Below are positions 28,984 to 38,623 of a stretch of 64,000 nt of DNA, in pieces. The notes below the pieces were generated by a model. The model was not told the origin of the DNA. It saw nothing but the letters and a program-made list of their open reading frames with translations, and ran no database searches. The stretch comes from a bacterium (GTDB lineage: Bacteria; Sumerlaeota; Sumerlaeia; SLMS01; JAHLLQ01). The first letter of the stretch is position 1, and each line of letters starts with the position of its first letter. Location of the stretch: assembly GCA_020444065.1 (NCBI GenBank), contig JAHLLQ010000010.1, forward strand, positions 76,866 to 140,865. The letters run 5' to 3'. A program made the translations under genes and the position numbers.

Positions 28984-30513
28984 GTGAACGTTAAGAACGC
29001 TTTTTCCTTCGCGCTGGCATTTGCTATGTGGGGGAGTCTGATCCCGGCGGCTGCAGGTGCTGAGACGCTCGGCTCTGCAGAATACCAAAGGGCCACGCCG
29101 GACTGGGTTGGTGAGTCAAATGTCAAGGATGCCCATTATGGCAGTACCGTGTCGACGGCGGGAGATGTCAACGGCGACGGCTATGATGATATAATTGTTG
29201 GAGCCAGCAATTACGCCAATGGTCAATCCCAAGAGGGCGCCGTATATTTTTACCATGGGTCGGAGTCAGGGGTCTACGGTACGCCGGACTTTGTTATCGA
29301 GGGGAACGCGGCTTTGATAAATCTTGGTTATTCCGTCTCGACCGCCGGCGATGTGAATGGGGACGGATACGATGACGTCATCATGGGGGCTCCCTTGTTC
29401 ACTGACGATCTCTATCGCGAGGGCGCTGCTTTTGTTTATTATGGTTCCGCTGGGGGTCTCAGTTCTACTCCCGACTGGATCATGACCGGCACGCAGAATA
29501 CGGAGCGATTTGGCACTTCTGTCTCGTGCGCGGGCGATGTGAATGGCGACGGGTATGACGATGTGATCATCGGTGCCAACACTTACAAGAACGGCGAAGA
29601 CTATGAAGGTGGAGCGTTCGTTTTTCACGGCTCTCAAACGGGTCTGAGCAATTCTCCAGACTGGACAGGAGAAGGCAACCAGGCGGCCTGCTTTTTCGGA
29701 AACTACGTTTCCAATGCCGGAGATGTGGACGGCGACGGGTATGATGACGTCATTGTGGGCGCGAACTTCTATAATAACGGGGAGACAAATGAGGGGAGAG
29801 CATTCTTGTTTTATGGATCGGCATCAGGCCTCGAATCGACCGCCGGCTGGACGGCGGAGGGAAATGCGGAAGCCGCAGAGTTCGGTCACTCGGTTTCCAC
29901 GGCGGGGGATGTGAATAATGATGGCTACGACGATGTGATCGTTGGCGCCTACGGCATCGACATTGCCGACAAGAATGAAGGGAAGGCGTTTGTATACTAT
30001 GGCTCTGAGAATGGGCTTTCGGCCTCTCCCGGCTGGATTGGAGAGGGGGGGATCTCTCGCGCACAGTTTGGCTTCTGGGTTTCGACAGCGGGGGATTTCA
30101 ATGCGGATGGTTTCGATGACGTTATCATTGGTGCCACCCAGGACTATTACGATGAGGAGAACGAGGGCATCGCGTACATCTTCTATGGTTCGGCCACTGG
30201 GTTGTCGGCCGTCGCCGACTGGAATGCAGAGGGCAACCAGGTTGGTGCCCTGTTCGGTTACTCTGTATCAATCGCAGGCGATGTGAATGGCGATGGGGGC
30301 AGCGATGTGATTATCGGCGCGGAGTTGTACGACAATGGCGAATCCAACGAGGGCGCGGCTTTTGTGTTTCACGGAACTCCGTCCGGCTCTACTCCGCTGC
30401 TTGACGATATCTTGAACGCCCTCCTGGGGCTTGTCTCAAGCCAAATGGGATACGATCTGAACGGGGACGGAGTCGTCGATGCGGCCGATCTTGTTCGATT
30501 GGTGATTCAATAG
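28984..30513 (+). CDS. Secreted FG-GAP repeat protein (integrin-alpha-like 7-bladed propeller) with a C-terminal dockerin-like segment
   Basis: There are seven repeats of the form STAGDVNGDGYDDVI.GA, each with a Ca-binding DxDxDG loop. The C-terminus reads DLNGDGVVDAADLVRL. GTG start. GC is about 53%, below the window average. Confidence 0.85.
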   Translation: MNVKNAFSFALAFAMWGSLIPAAAGAETLGSAEYQRATPDWVGESNVKDAHYGSTVSTAGDVNGDGYDDIIVGASNYANGQSQEGAVYFYHGSESGVYGTPDFVIEGNAALINLGYSVSTAGDVNGDGYDDVIMGAPLFTDDLYREGAAFVYYGSAGGLSSTPDWIMTGTQNTERFGTSVSCAGDVNGDGYDDVIIGANTYKNGEDYEGGAFVFHGSQTGLSNSPDWTGEGNQAACFFGNYVSNAGDVDGDGYDDVIVGANFYNNGETNEGRAFLFYGSASGLESTAGWTAEGNAEAAEFGHSVSTAGDVNNDGYDDVIVGAYGIDIADKNEGKAFVYYGSENGLSASPGWIGEGGISRAQFGFWVSTAGDFNADGFDDVIIGATQDYYDEENEGIAYIFYGSATGLSAVADWNAEGNQVGALFGYSVSIAGDVNGDGGSDVIIGAELYDNGESNEGAAFVFHGTPSGSTPLLDDILNALLGLVSSQMGYDLNGDGVVDAADLVRLVIQ

Positions 30514-30535
30514 GGTTCTATTCAGCATCTTGCCG

Positions 30536-31042
30536 TCAGTTCGACACAGGCGGCAGTTGATCCAGGTCGAACGGTGGGAGAGTAGATGTTTTGGGGAGGA
30601 TGATTTTCTCGGCTTCTATGGCAGCATCCAGCTGATCGTTTGAAATCCAGCAGACCCGTGCGGTCTCCTTGGCTTTTTCTGTTTCATACACGACAAAGCC
30701 GACCTCCTCGTTGCGATGAATGCCTGAGAAGGTCCAGCCATTGGTGAAGAAGAGAGGCCTCTCCAATGTGAGATGTCCCCGATGCGACAATTCTCCCGCA
30801 CCGTCTGCAAAGAAACTGGTGGGGTACCTGAGGCCTTTCGGTGACTTGACGATCGGGATGACCCCGACAAGTTCCTTGTGATACGCCCATGGATCTTTCT
30901 CGGTATACACATCTGCGCTAAAGACGTAGAATTCGGAATGGCTGGCCAGGGGCGAAGCGCGCCACAAGAAGTAGAAGGAAACCAGAGAGAGCACCACTCC
31001 AGCACCGATAAGTCCCGCGATTTTCCGACGCGTCATTGTCAT
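30536..31042 (-). CDS. Hypothetical membrane-anchored protein
   Basis: A 168-aa ORF with the N-terminal TM segment IAGLIGAGVVLSLVSFYFLW. No recognisable domain. Confidence 0.45.
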   Translation of the reverse strand: MTMTRRKIAGLIGAGVVLSLVSFYFLWRASPLASHSEFYVFSADVYTEKDPWAYHKELVGVIPIVKSPKGLRYPTSFFADGAGELSHRGHLTLERPLFFTNGWTFSGIHRNEEVGFVVYETEKAKETARVCWISNDQLDAAIEAEKIILPKTSTLPPFDLDQLPPVSN

Positions 31043-31110
31043 GTTCGTGATTACGGTCCCTGGTATGTGTGGCCTTTTCGGCTCCATTCATCCCTTGCCC
31101 GTTCCTCGGT

Positions 31111-32472
31111 TCACGGATTGCGCAGGATGAAGAGTTGGTTCCAGTGCAGTGGGCCGTCGGGTTTGTTGGCGAGGGCTTCGTGCGGGTCGGCGATTCCTTT
31201 GCCGGGGATGTCCATGGCGGAGGCGACGTGTTCGAGGCCGGCCTGGCGGAAGACCCAGCGCCACTGCCAATACGTCAGCACGAAGATGTGCGGCGGGAAT
31301 CCGTAGGTGTAGTAGGTGATCTCCGGGATCTTCCCGTTGTTCCGATCGTCCGTCTCGAAAGTGTAGGTGTCCGTTTCCTCATCCCATTCGGAGGGGAAGT
31401 GCTCTCGGGGTTCGCCGTCGTTTGGGAAGGGAAGGTTCACATAAATGAGACCGCCGGGTTCCAGGAGTCGACGGAACTCCCAGAGCATAACCATCGGCGC
31501 GATGGAATGCTCGAGAACGTGGCTGGCAAGAATGCCCTTGAGGGAGTTGCTCGGAATCGGGATGGAGTGCATATCGCACTTCAGGGTTTCCATTCCGCGC
31601 CGTCGACATTCTTCCAGCTCTGCATCGCTGCCCGAGAGGGCTGTTACATCGTATCCCCACTTCAGGAAGTGGTGTCCGCCAAAACCGGGGCCGGCACCCA
31701 CGTCCAGGAGTCTCCCAGACGGGGGAGCGCTCAGTCCGGACTGCTCCTGCATCCAGCGGAACCAGTCGCACTTGCAGTCTTTCCAATGGTCGTCAAAGGC
31801 CTCTGCGCGAAGTTCGGGCGGAGTCTGTGGGAAGACGGCCTGAACCGATCCCATCTGGTAGAAGTCCTTCATGCAGAGCTCGAGCTGGGATTGGCTTCCC
31901 TCGGAGGACTCGAGGAGCATTTCTCGCACGGCGCGGTAGCCGAGCAGGTGCTTGAGGACGCGGCGGGCGCCAAGCCGTTCCGCAAGGGCCTTGCGCCGTT
32001 CCCGTCGAGCCTGTGAGCGATACTGAATGTCCTTTGCCGCGAACTGCGCGTTTCCCGGATAGAGCTTCGCCGCACGCTGAGCAGCCTGGGCGGCCAGTCC
32101 GGCTCCATGCTTCTTCGCTGCCAGCTCGATCAACATGAGCCAGTCCGCCTCGACTTCGCTCTTCTCCAAGATATCCAGAAGTCTCCTGATCGAATCCTCG
32201 GTGAACCCCGCATCTTCGGCTTTCAGGAATTGCAGGCGATAGCGCGCTTCGTAGTTTGTCGGCTGCAGTTCGATGAGCTTCTCATAGAGCTCCGCAGATC
32301 TCTTGCGGCGATCGATGGCGATGCAGGCCCAGGCCAGGTTGCCGATGACTTCGACATCCTGCGAGTCCAGTCGATGGGCTTCTTCGAGGGTGTCGACTCC
32401 TTGAGTCACCTCGCCCTGATCCAGGAGAACAAGGGCCTGTTCGAACAGCTTTCGGGCTTCCGGGGAACTCAT
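31111..32472 (-). CDS. N-terminal TPR repeats fused to a class I SAM-dependent methyltransferase domain
   Basis: TPR-like helices occur at the N-terminus. Motif I LLDVGAGPGFGG and Methyltransf_11-like spacing are present. Confidence 0.7.
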   Translation of the reverse strand: MSSPEARKLFEQALVLLDQGEVTQGVDTLEEAHRLDSQDVEVIGNLAWACIAIDRRKRSAELYEKLIELQPTNYEARYRLQFLKAEDAGFTEDSIRRLLDILEKSEVEADWLMLIELAAKKHGAGLAAQAAQRAAKLYPGNAQFAAKDIQYRSQARRERRKALAERLGARRVLKHLLGYRAVREMLLESSEGSQSQLELCMKDFYQMGSVQAVFPQTPPELRAEAFDDHWKDCKCDWFRWMQEQSGLSAPPSGRLLDVGAGPGFGGHHFLKWGYDVTALSGSDAELEECRRRGMETLKCDMHSIPIPSNSLKGILASHVLEHSIAPMVMLWEFRRLLEPGGLIYVNLPFPNDGEPREHFPSEWDEETDTYTFETDDRNNGKIPEITYYTYGFPPHIFVLTYWQWRWVFRQAGLEHVASAMDIPGKGIADPHEALANKPDGPLHWNQLFILRNP

Positions 32473-32734
32473 ACTTCCTCCACCTCTCGGCGAAAATCCG
32501 CTTCGCGCGTTCCCAAGAGGCGAGCATTCAACGTTGTGGGGTGTCTACCGGAATAACATGGACAAGTGTGCTGCGAGGTGCGACATCGGGTCATCTCCCG
32601 CTCGATCCTGGCAGCACCCATTGACACGCGGGGCCGCGCTTTCGTAAGAACCCCACGGTTTTCTGAGGGGAGGCCTTGGGCCCTCGGCCCGGCTCCAGAA
32701 CAACGAACCAAATTCCCAACGGGAGATTTTCGAT

Positions 32735-33955
32735 ATGGCAAAGCTGTCGGTTGCGGACATCACTGTCCAAGACAAACGCGTCCTGGTGCGGTGCGATTTC
32801 AATGTGCCCCTGGACGACAACCTGAACATCACCGACGACGCGCGCATCACCGCCGCGTTGCCCACGATCAAGGAACTGCTGGAGAAGGGCGGCCGGGTGA
32901 TCCTGGCGTCTCACCTGGGTCGTCCGAAGGGCAAGGTTGTGCCCGAGATGAGCCTGGCGCCGGTGGCGAAGCGTCTCGGCGAGCTGCTGGGTTTCGATGT
33001 TCCGCTGGCGCCGGATTGCGTCGGCTCGGAGGTCGAGGCAATGGTCTCGAAGCTGGAGTCCGGCCGCGCGCTGTTGCTGGAGAACGTTCGCTTCCACAAG
33101 GAAGAGGACGAGAAGAAGAACAAGGAAACGAAGGAGTTCAGCAAGGAACGCTGGGAGTTTGCGAAGAAGCTGTCCGGCCTGGCTGAAGTCTACGTCAACG
33201 ACGCGTTCGGCACGGCGCACCGCGATCACGTGTCGACGTGCGGCGTGACGAAGTTCCTGGATCCGTGCGCCTGCGGTTACCTGATCCAGAAGGAACTGAA
33301 GTACCTGAAGGGTGCACTGGATGAGCCGAAGCGCCCACTGGTCGCCATTCTGGGCGGCGCGAAGGTGTCGAGCAAGATCGGCGTGATCCGCGCGCTGCTG
33401 AACAAGGTCGACGTGCTGTTCCTTGGCGGCGGCATGACATTCACGTTCTTCAAGGCCCAGGGCAAGGAGATCGGGAAGTCGCTGTTTGAGGAAGAGACGG
33501 CGGAGATCGCGAAGGAGTTGCTGGCGGAGTTCGAGAGCGCGAAGGCCAACGTGCTGCTGCCGGTCGATGTGCTGGTGACGGACAAGTTCGAAGCCGGAGC
33601 CAACACGAAGGTCGTCGATATCGACGGCATTCCGGCGGACATGGAAGGCGTCGATTGCGGCCCGAAGACGGTCGAGATGCTGAACGCCGAACTGGCCAAG
33701 GCCGGCACGATCGTCTGGAACGGCCCGGTGGGCGTGTTCGAGATCGAGGATTTCGCCAAGGGCACGAAGGCCGTGGCGGAGAAGATGGCGATGCTGGATT
33801 CGGTGACGATCATCGGCGGTGGCGATACAGCCGCGGCGGTGAAGAAGTACGATCTGGTCGAGAAGATGAGCCACGTTTCGACCGGCGGCGGCGCGAGCCT
33901 CGAGTTCCTCGAAGGCAAGAAGCTGCCCGGCATCGAGGCGTTGGACGAAGCCTGA
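32735..33955 (+). CDS. pgk: Phosphoglycerate kinase
   Basis: The full-length N-terminal signature RVLVRCDFNVP, the conserved SHLGRP and the C-terminal GGGDT...STGGGA motifs are present. Confidence 0.95.
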   Translation: MAKLSVADITVQDKRVLVRCDFNVPLDDNLNITDDARITAALPTIKELLEKGGRVILASHLGRPKGKVVPEMSLAPVAKRLGELLGFDVPLAPDCVGSEVEAMVSKLESGRALLLENVRFHKEEDEKKNKETKEFSKERWEFAKKLSGLAEVYVNDAFGTAHRDHVSTCGVTKFLDPCACGYLIQKELKYLKGALDEPKRPLVAILGGAKVSSKIGVIRALLNKVDVLFLGGGMTFTFFKAQGKEIGKSLFEEETAEIAKELLAEFESAKANVLLPVDVLVTDKFEAGANTKVVDIDGIPADMEGVDCGPKTVEMLNAELAKAGTIVWNGPVGVFEIEDFAKGTKAVAEKMAMLDSVTIIGGGDTAAAVKKYDLVEKMSHVSTGGGASLEFLEGKKLPGIEALDEA

Positions 33956-33977
33956 TTCACTTGCGACAAGCTAAAGA

Positions 33978-34011
33978 AACCGCCCCCGATCATCAATGAT
34001 CGGGGGCGGTT
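33978..34011. terminator. Bidirectional hairpin terminator between pgk and pilT
   Basis: aaccgcccccgatca-tcaa-tgatcgggggcggtt, a perfect 15-bp stem. Confidence 0.7.
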
Positions 34012-34040
34012 CTTGTTTGCGAGTCGTGTTTAGGCTGCGG

Positions 34041-35192
34041 TCAGCCGCCCGTGCTCCCGTAGGGGTTCTGGCCGCCCATGCCACGCTGACGGCCTTCCAT
34101 GGCTCCGGGGGCCTGACCTGCGCCCGAGGCGCCCCCGCCGGAGAGCTGGCGGCGCATTTCTTCCGGCTTCTTGGCATTCACGAGGGCCGTGTCGCGCGTG
34201 ATCAGGTGGCGGCGGACAAGCTCGATCAGGCAGCGATCCATGGTCTGCATGCCGTACTTCACGCCGGCCTCCATGAAGCCCGGGATCTGGTGCGACTTGC
34301 CTTCACGGATCATGTTTCGAATGGCGTCCGTGCCGGTCAGGATTTCGAGGGCGATCGTTCGGCCGCCGCGGGCGCTGTGGAGGAGGCGCTGGCAGAGAAT
34401 GCCTTCGATAACACCGGCGAGCATGATGCGCACCTGTTCCTGCTGGTGGGGCGGGAACACGTCGATGACGCGGTCGACGGTCTGGACGACGTCGACGGTG
34501 TGGAGCGTGGAGAAGACGAGGTGGCCGGTTTCCGCCGCCGTGATGGCCGCGGAGATGGTTTCCAGGTCGCGCATCTCACCGACGAGGATCACGTCCGGAT
34601 CCTGGCGCAGAACGTATTTGAGGGCGTCGGCGAAGGAGGTGGTGTCCTCGTGGACTTCGCGCTGTTCGATGAGGGCTTTCTTGTGCTGATGGAGATACTC
34701 GATCGGGTCCTCGACGGTGATGATGTGGCAGTCGCGCTCGGAGTTGATCATGTCGATCATGGCGGCGAGCGTTGTGGACTTGCCGGATCCGGTGGGGCCG
34801 GTGACGAGTGTGAGTCCGTTCGGGCGACGGCAGAGAACTTCGAGGATTTTGCGGGGGAGCTGCAGTTCTTCGAAGCTGCGGATCTGCGTCGGAATGGTTC
34901 GGAAAGCGGCGGCGACGGAGCCGCGCTGGAAGTGTGCGTTCACACGGAAGCGCGCCAGGTTGGTGACGCTGAGCGAGAAGTCCAAGTCCTTGTTCTCCTC
35001 GAACTTCTGCTTCTGAATATCGGTCAAGATGCCGTAGATCAACCGACGGGTGTCGGCCGACGACAAGGGGGGCTGATCGAAGTTCAACAGATCGCCGTGT
35101 ACGCGCATGACGGGCGGGCGTCCCACCGCAATGTGCAAGTCCGACGCGCCCTGCTCGACGGAGAATCGCAGCATTTCCGTTACGTCCAGCAT
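34041..35192 (-). CDS. pilT: Type IV pilus retraction ATPase PilT
   Basis: Walker A GPTGSGKST, Asp box, Walker B DPDVILVGEMRD and His box TLHT are present. The PilT-specific AIRNLIREGK motif appears as AIRNMIREGK. The ORF is open to 35441, and the likely start is MLDVTEM at 35192. A Gly-rich C-terminal tail is present. Confidence 0.9.
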   Translation of the reverse strand: MLDVTEMLRFSVEQGASDLHIAVGRPPVMRVHGDLLNFDQPPLSSADTRRLIYGILTDIQKQKFEENKDLDFSLSVTNLARFRVNAHFQRGSVAAAFRTIPTQIRSFEELQLPRKILEVLCRRPNGLTLVTGPTGSGKSTTLAAMIDMINSERDCHIITVEDPIEYLHQHKKALIEQREVHEDTTSFADALKYVLRQDPDVILVGEMRDLETISAAITAAETGHLVFSTLHTVDVVQTVDRVIDVFPPHQQEQVRIMLAGVIEGILCQRLLHSARGGRTIALEILTGTDAIRNMIREGKSHQIPGFMEAGVKYGMQTMDRCLIELVRRHLITRDTALVNAKKPEEMRRQLSGGGASGAGQAPGAMEGRQRGMGGQNPYGSTGG

Positions 35193-35389
35193 AACCTGCT
35201 CCTTGAATTGGCTCCATGGTCCCGGGCGAACCGCGCTTCCTGGAGCGATTTCGACAAATCCGAATTTCCCTTTGGCCCGGCGATTTTCGAGAGGCACATT
35301 CTGAACCCCGGGCGGAGATACGGTCAAGCCGCTTTGCGCCGGGAACGATTGGTCCCGGGCGCGAAGCGGCCCGGAAGACGAGCAGACGA

Positions 35390-36895
35390 ATGGTTTTGCA
35401 GGACAATCAGCCACGGCTTGAGAGCGATGCGGGGCCATCATCCCTGGGCTACAAGCTCGCCCTGGCGGGGCTCCTGTTGCTGGCGATGGCGTGGTTCCAG
35501 TGGATCACCGTTTCGATGTATTACGCCCATCGGCTGTACCTGGCGGACGTCGGGCTGTTCAACTGGATGATGTCGCACACGTGGCAGGGGGAGTTCCTCG
35601 TCAATCCGTTGGCGCCGCATGTGGACGGGAACTACTTCGGGATCCACTTTCAGCCGGTCTTTATGCTCGTATTGCCATTGTACCGGCTCTTCGATCATCC
35701 GCTGACGCTCGTTTGTTTTCTGACGTTCTTTCTGGTGCTTGCGGCGTGGCCTCTGGCGGAACTGGCGCGCCTCGTTCTGCGTTCGGAGGCGCTTGCGTTG
35801 GGGGTGGCGGTGCTGTTCCTGGGGAATCACTTCGTGGCATCGATTCACATGGCGAATCACTCGGAGTCGCTCGGGTTCGCGCCGATGTTTCTGGCGTTTC
35901 TGGCGCGGGAGCGCCGGAAGCCAGTGCCGTTCGCGATCGGCATCGGGTTGGTCCTCCTTTTGAAGGAGGATTATGCGTTGTACGTCGTTCTGTATGGGTT
36001 GTATCTGCTGACGGAACGCGATGGCTGGCGGTGGGGTGTCGCGACAATTGCGGCAGGGATCGCCGGCGGCATGTTGGCGAGCATCGTGATGAAGGCTTGC
36101 GGCCTGGAGGAGTACACGCGCCTCGGTATGGTTGCGGCCAGTCGGTACACCGAGATGGGCGAGACGCCGCTGCAGGTGCTGGCGTATCTGTTCGTGCATC
36201 CGATCAGCACGATCGGTCGCATTGCGAAGCCTGTTTTGCTGTTGCTTGTGGGCTCGACGGGCGTGATCTGTTTGCTGGATTGGAAGCGCGCGGGCCTGGG
36301 GCTGTTGGCTGCCGTGCCGTTCTTGCTGACCGGGGATCACATCATCGCGCGGCTGGATTATTATTACAGCTATGCCGCCGTGCCGTTTCTGTTCCTTGCA
36401 ACGATTGGCGGCGCGCGTTTGCTGCGCGAGAACTTCGCGGAACGGCGCGCGTTGATCGATCGTGTGCTGGTCGTCTTCTTCGTCGTGATTGCATTGGGGA
36501 CACAGTTTTTCCCCACGCGCACGGACAATCTGCGGCACCTCCCGCTGAAGGCGGACCCGCGTTTTCGGATGGTCGGATTCGTTCTCGAAGACCTTCCCGT
36601 TGGCGCAACGGTCGGCGCGCAGCACCAGCTCTTCTGTCGCGTACCGTCGGATCGCCGCGCGTTGCCCATTCGCCCCTGGAGCATCAGGGAGATCGATTAT
36701 CTGCTCGTCGATGACATGCTGCGAATGAGCGACGTTAGCCCGGATGAAGCCGAGGAGGTCCTGCGCGAAACGGGCAAGTATCGCTGGGAGCTCGTTTCCG
36801 AAGAGATGGGAATTCGATTGTTGAAGAAGGAGCCTATGGAACCTGGATCGTCTCCAGATCCTTCTCGATCACCTTCAGATCATCCGAATCTTTGA
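35390..36895 (+). CDS. Polytopic integral membrane protein of unknown function (possible glycosyltransferase-associated DUF2079-like)
   Basis: About 500 aa with about 12 predicted TM segments. The family assignment is tentative. The ORF is open from 35216. Confidence 0.55.
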   Translation: MVLQDNQPRLESDAGPSSLGYKLALAGLLLLAMAWFQWITVSMYYAHRLYLADVGLFNWMMSHTWQGEFLVNPLAPHVDGNYFGIHFQPVFMLVLPLYRLFDHPLTLVCFLTFFLVLAAWPLAELARLVLRSEALALGVAVLFLGNHFVASIHMANHSESLGFAPMFLAFLARERRKPVPFAIGIGLVLLLKEDYALYVVLYGLYLLTERDGWRWGVATIAAGIAGGMLASIVMKACGLEEYTRLGMVAASRYTEMGETPLQVLAYLFVHPISTIGRIAKPVLLLLVGSTGVICLLDWKRAGLGLLAAVPFLLTGDHIIARLDYYYSYAAVPFLFLATIGGARLLRENFAERRALIDRVLVVFFVVIALGTQFFPTRTDNLRHLPLKADPRFRMVGFVLEDLPVGATVGAQHQLFCRVPSDRRALPIRPWSIREIDYLLVDDMLRMSDVSPDEAEEVLRETGKYRWELVSEEMGIRLLKKEPMEPGSSPDPSRSPSDHPNL

Positions 36896-37301
36896 TGTTT
36901 TTGCAGGCTTCGCGCGCCTTGGCGAGGTATTCAGTGGTTTTCTCCGAATCGCCGGCAACCATGTAGCCACGGGCGATGGCTTCGCAGGCGGCCGCGACAT
37001 CCCAATCGCCGATGCCGTTCTCTTCCAGAATCTGCAGGTAGCGCATGCCGTGGTAAATCGCTGTGTCCGCGTGGCCGGAGATGGCATGCACGCGGGAGAC
37101 TTGCCATTCGCCTCGCCCGAGGTTGATGGGCTTGCCGACCTGCTCCCAGTGATAGCGCGAGGCGTGCGCCATGTGAATCATGCGGTCGGTTTCCGCAGGC
37201 GTGCGGTCCGGTTTTTCGATGTAGGTCCAGGTCTCGTTGAAAAGGGAAACGGCGAGGCGGCGATGCCATTCCTCCGCCGTGAAGCGTTCTTCGTTGCTCA
37301 T
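36834..37301 (-). CDS. Hypothetical protein
   Basis: 155-aa ORF with good coding appearance. Its 3' end overlaps the convergent membrane-protein gene by 62 bp. Confidence 0.45.
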   Translation of the reverse strand: MSNEERFTAEEWHRRLAVSLFNETWTYIEKPDRTPAETDRMIHMAHASRYHWEQVGKPINLGRGEWQVSRVHAISGHADTAIYHGMRYLQILEENGIGDWDVAAACEAIARGYMVAGDSEKTTEYLAKAREACKNIKDSDDLKVIEKDLETIQVP

Positions 37302-37324
37302 TCAGAAATCTCCGGAAGTCGAAT

Positions 37325-38158
37325 TCAGATGCCAAATGTCTGGCAATCTTCCTCGTACGCCAGCCGCCCCCGGCTGACGCTTTTCCCTCCGATGATCAGG
37401 TTCAGATTCTTATCCACGCCTTCGATCGTGCCGCGGGCAAGGATGTCCCGGCCGGTCAGGTTGCGGTCGTCGAGTCCTGTGCCGTCGTCATAGATGCGCA
37501 CGCGGCGATCCAGGTCCATCCAGTCGCGTCGATAGCGTTCGACAAGTTGCCCGCCGCCTTCTTTCAGAAGCAAGTAGTGATTTGTCGTAAAGGTGCTGAG
37601 GAGCCGCGTCAGCAGTTCGAGTCGCGTGCGATTCTCGGTGAAGGCGCTCATGTCGCCAACCTTCGGGACGAAGACCGTCGGCGCAACATCGGGCGTGCTG
37701 TTCGTGTTCACGCCCATTCCGATCATGGCTTCGGTGAAGATGCCGCCCTGCGTGCGCGTCTTGCTGAGCGCACCGCCGATCTTCGCGCCATCGAGCAGAA
37801 TGTCGTTCATCCACTTCACACCGACGGTGTGCTTCGTGCCAGACAGTCCGCGCACGAAGTCGAGTAACGTGAGCACCGGCAGGATGGCATATCCAACGCC
37901 GGCGGTCTGGATCGGGAGTTCATCGCGTACGAAAACGGTAACGTGCAGGTTGCCCTGGATGGCTGCCCACCGGCGATCGAAGTGGCCGCGGAAGGCGAGG
38001 CCTTCGTTTGCGACCATGACAAGGTTGGTCGGGACTTCGAGGTTCTTCGCGAGTGCCTTCGAAAGCAGGTCGATCTGCGAGTTCGACGCGTACTGCTGCC
38101 AGATGACGAGCGGGTACTGGCGGCTGAGCTTCTGGCCGGAGACTTCCGTCTCGACCAT
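37325..38158 (-). CDS. Biotin--protein ligase (BirA-like, BPL/LplA/LipB superfamily)
   Basis: GHFDRRW (GRGRxGR-like) and KWMNDILLDGAKIGGAL (KWPNDLY...GIL-like) are present. The ORF is open to 38386 into the repeat region, and the likely start is MVETEV at 38158. Confidence 0.6.
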   Translation of the reverse strand: MVETEVSGQKLSRQYPLVIWQQYASNSQIDLLSKALAKNLEVPTNLVMVANEGLAFRGHFDRRWAAIQGNLHVTVFVRDELPIQTAGVGYAILPVLTLLDFVRGLSGTKHTVGVKWMNDILLDGAKIGGALSKTRTQGGIFTEAMIGMGVNTNSTPDVAPTVFVPKVGDMSAFTENRTRLELLTRLLSTFTTNHYLLLKEGGGQLVERYRRDWMDLDRRVRIYDDGTGLDDRNLTGRDILARGTIEGVDKNLNLIIGGKSVSRGRLAYEEDCQTFGI

Positions 38159-38379
38159 CGGCGGATCGGTGGGGAAGCAGAGGCTGAGGAAGGGGTGCAG
38201 CGGGTCGTTGCTGTTCCACTTCTTCCAGGCGCTCTCGGGGCACGGGCACTCGCGAGAGGCCGGATCGATGTCTGTGATGATCCGCACGGGACGCTCCACG
38301 GGGCGGGGTTTGAACTCCGTGTGGGGGCAGCCCGAATGATTTAGCCTGGCGAGGCGGTTTGTCAACCGGTGGCAGGGCG

Positions 38380-38424
38380 TTCTCATTGTCCCAATCTCAT
38401 CGTTGCGCGGCGGGCGGTGGGATC
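38380..38424. repeat. Repeat module A copy
   Basis: gttctcattgtcccaatctcatcgttgcgcggcgggcgg matches 1081-1120. Confidence 0.5.
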
Positions 38425-38566
38425 GACCACGTATTTCTGGGCGCTCCCTTATCCACCGCGTTGCGCGCCTCGATCTTGGAACAAGCAGAACGCCCTGCCG
38501 CGTTCGGCGGTTCTCACAGGGAGATTTTCACGCACGTGGCGCGGGTGTTGGGATCGGTCGAGTACG

Positions 38567-38593
38567 AGTGCGCGTACGAGTTCGAGTACGCGA
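38567..38593. repeat. Repeat module C copy (gtcgagtacgagtgcgcgtacgagttcgagtacg)
   Basis: Matches 23170-23195 and 8226-8257. Confidence 0.5.
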
Positions 38594-38623
38594 GATATCG
38601 CGAAGCGTCTTGCAGGGGGCTTC

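Noticed and set aside
32591-33996. 427-aa and 239-aa minus-strand ORFs
   Set aside because: Antisense to pgk, whose identity is certain.
33996-35570. 524-aa plus-strand ORF
   Set aside because: Antisense to pilT.
35438-36714. 395-aa minus-strand and 407-aa plus-strand ORFs
   Set aside because: Off-frame or antisense to the polytopic membrane-protein gene. The translations are not hydrophobic.
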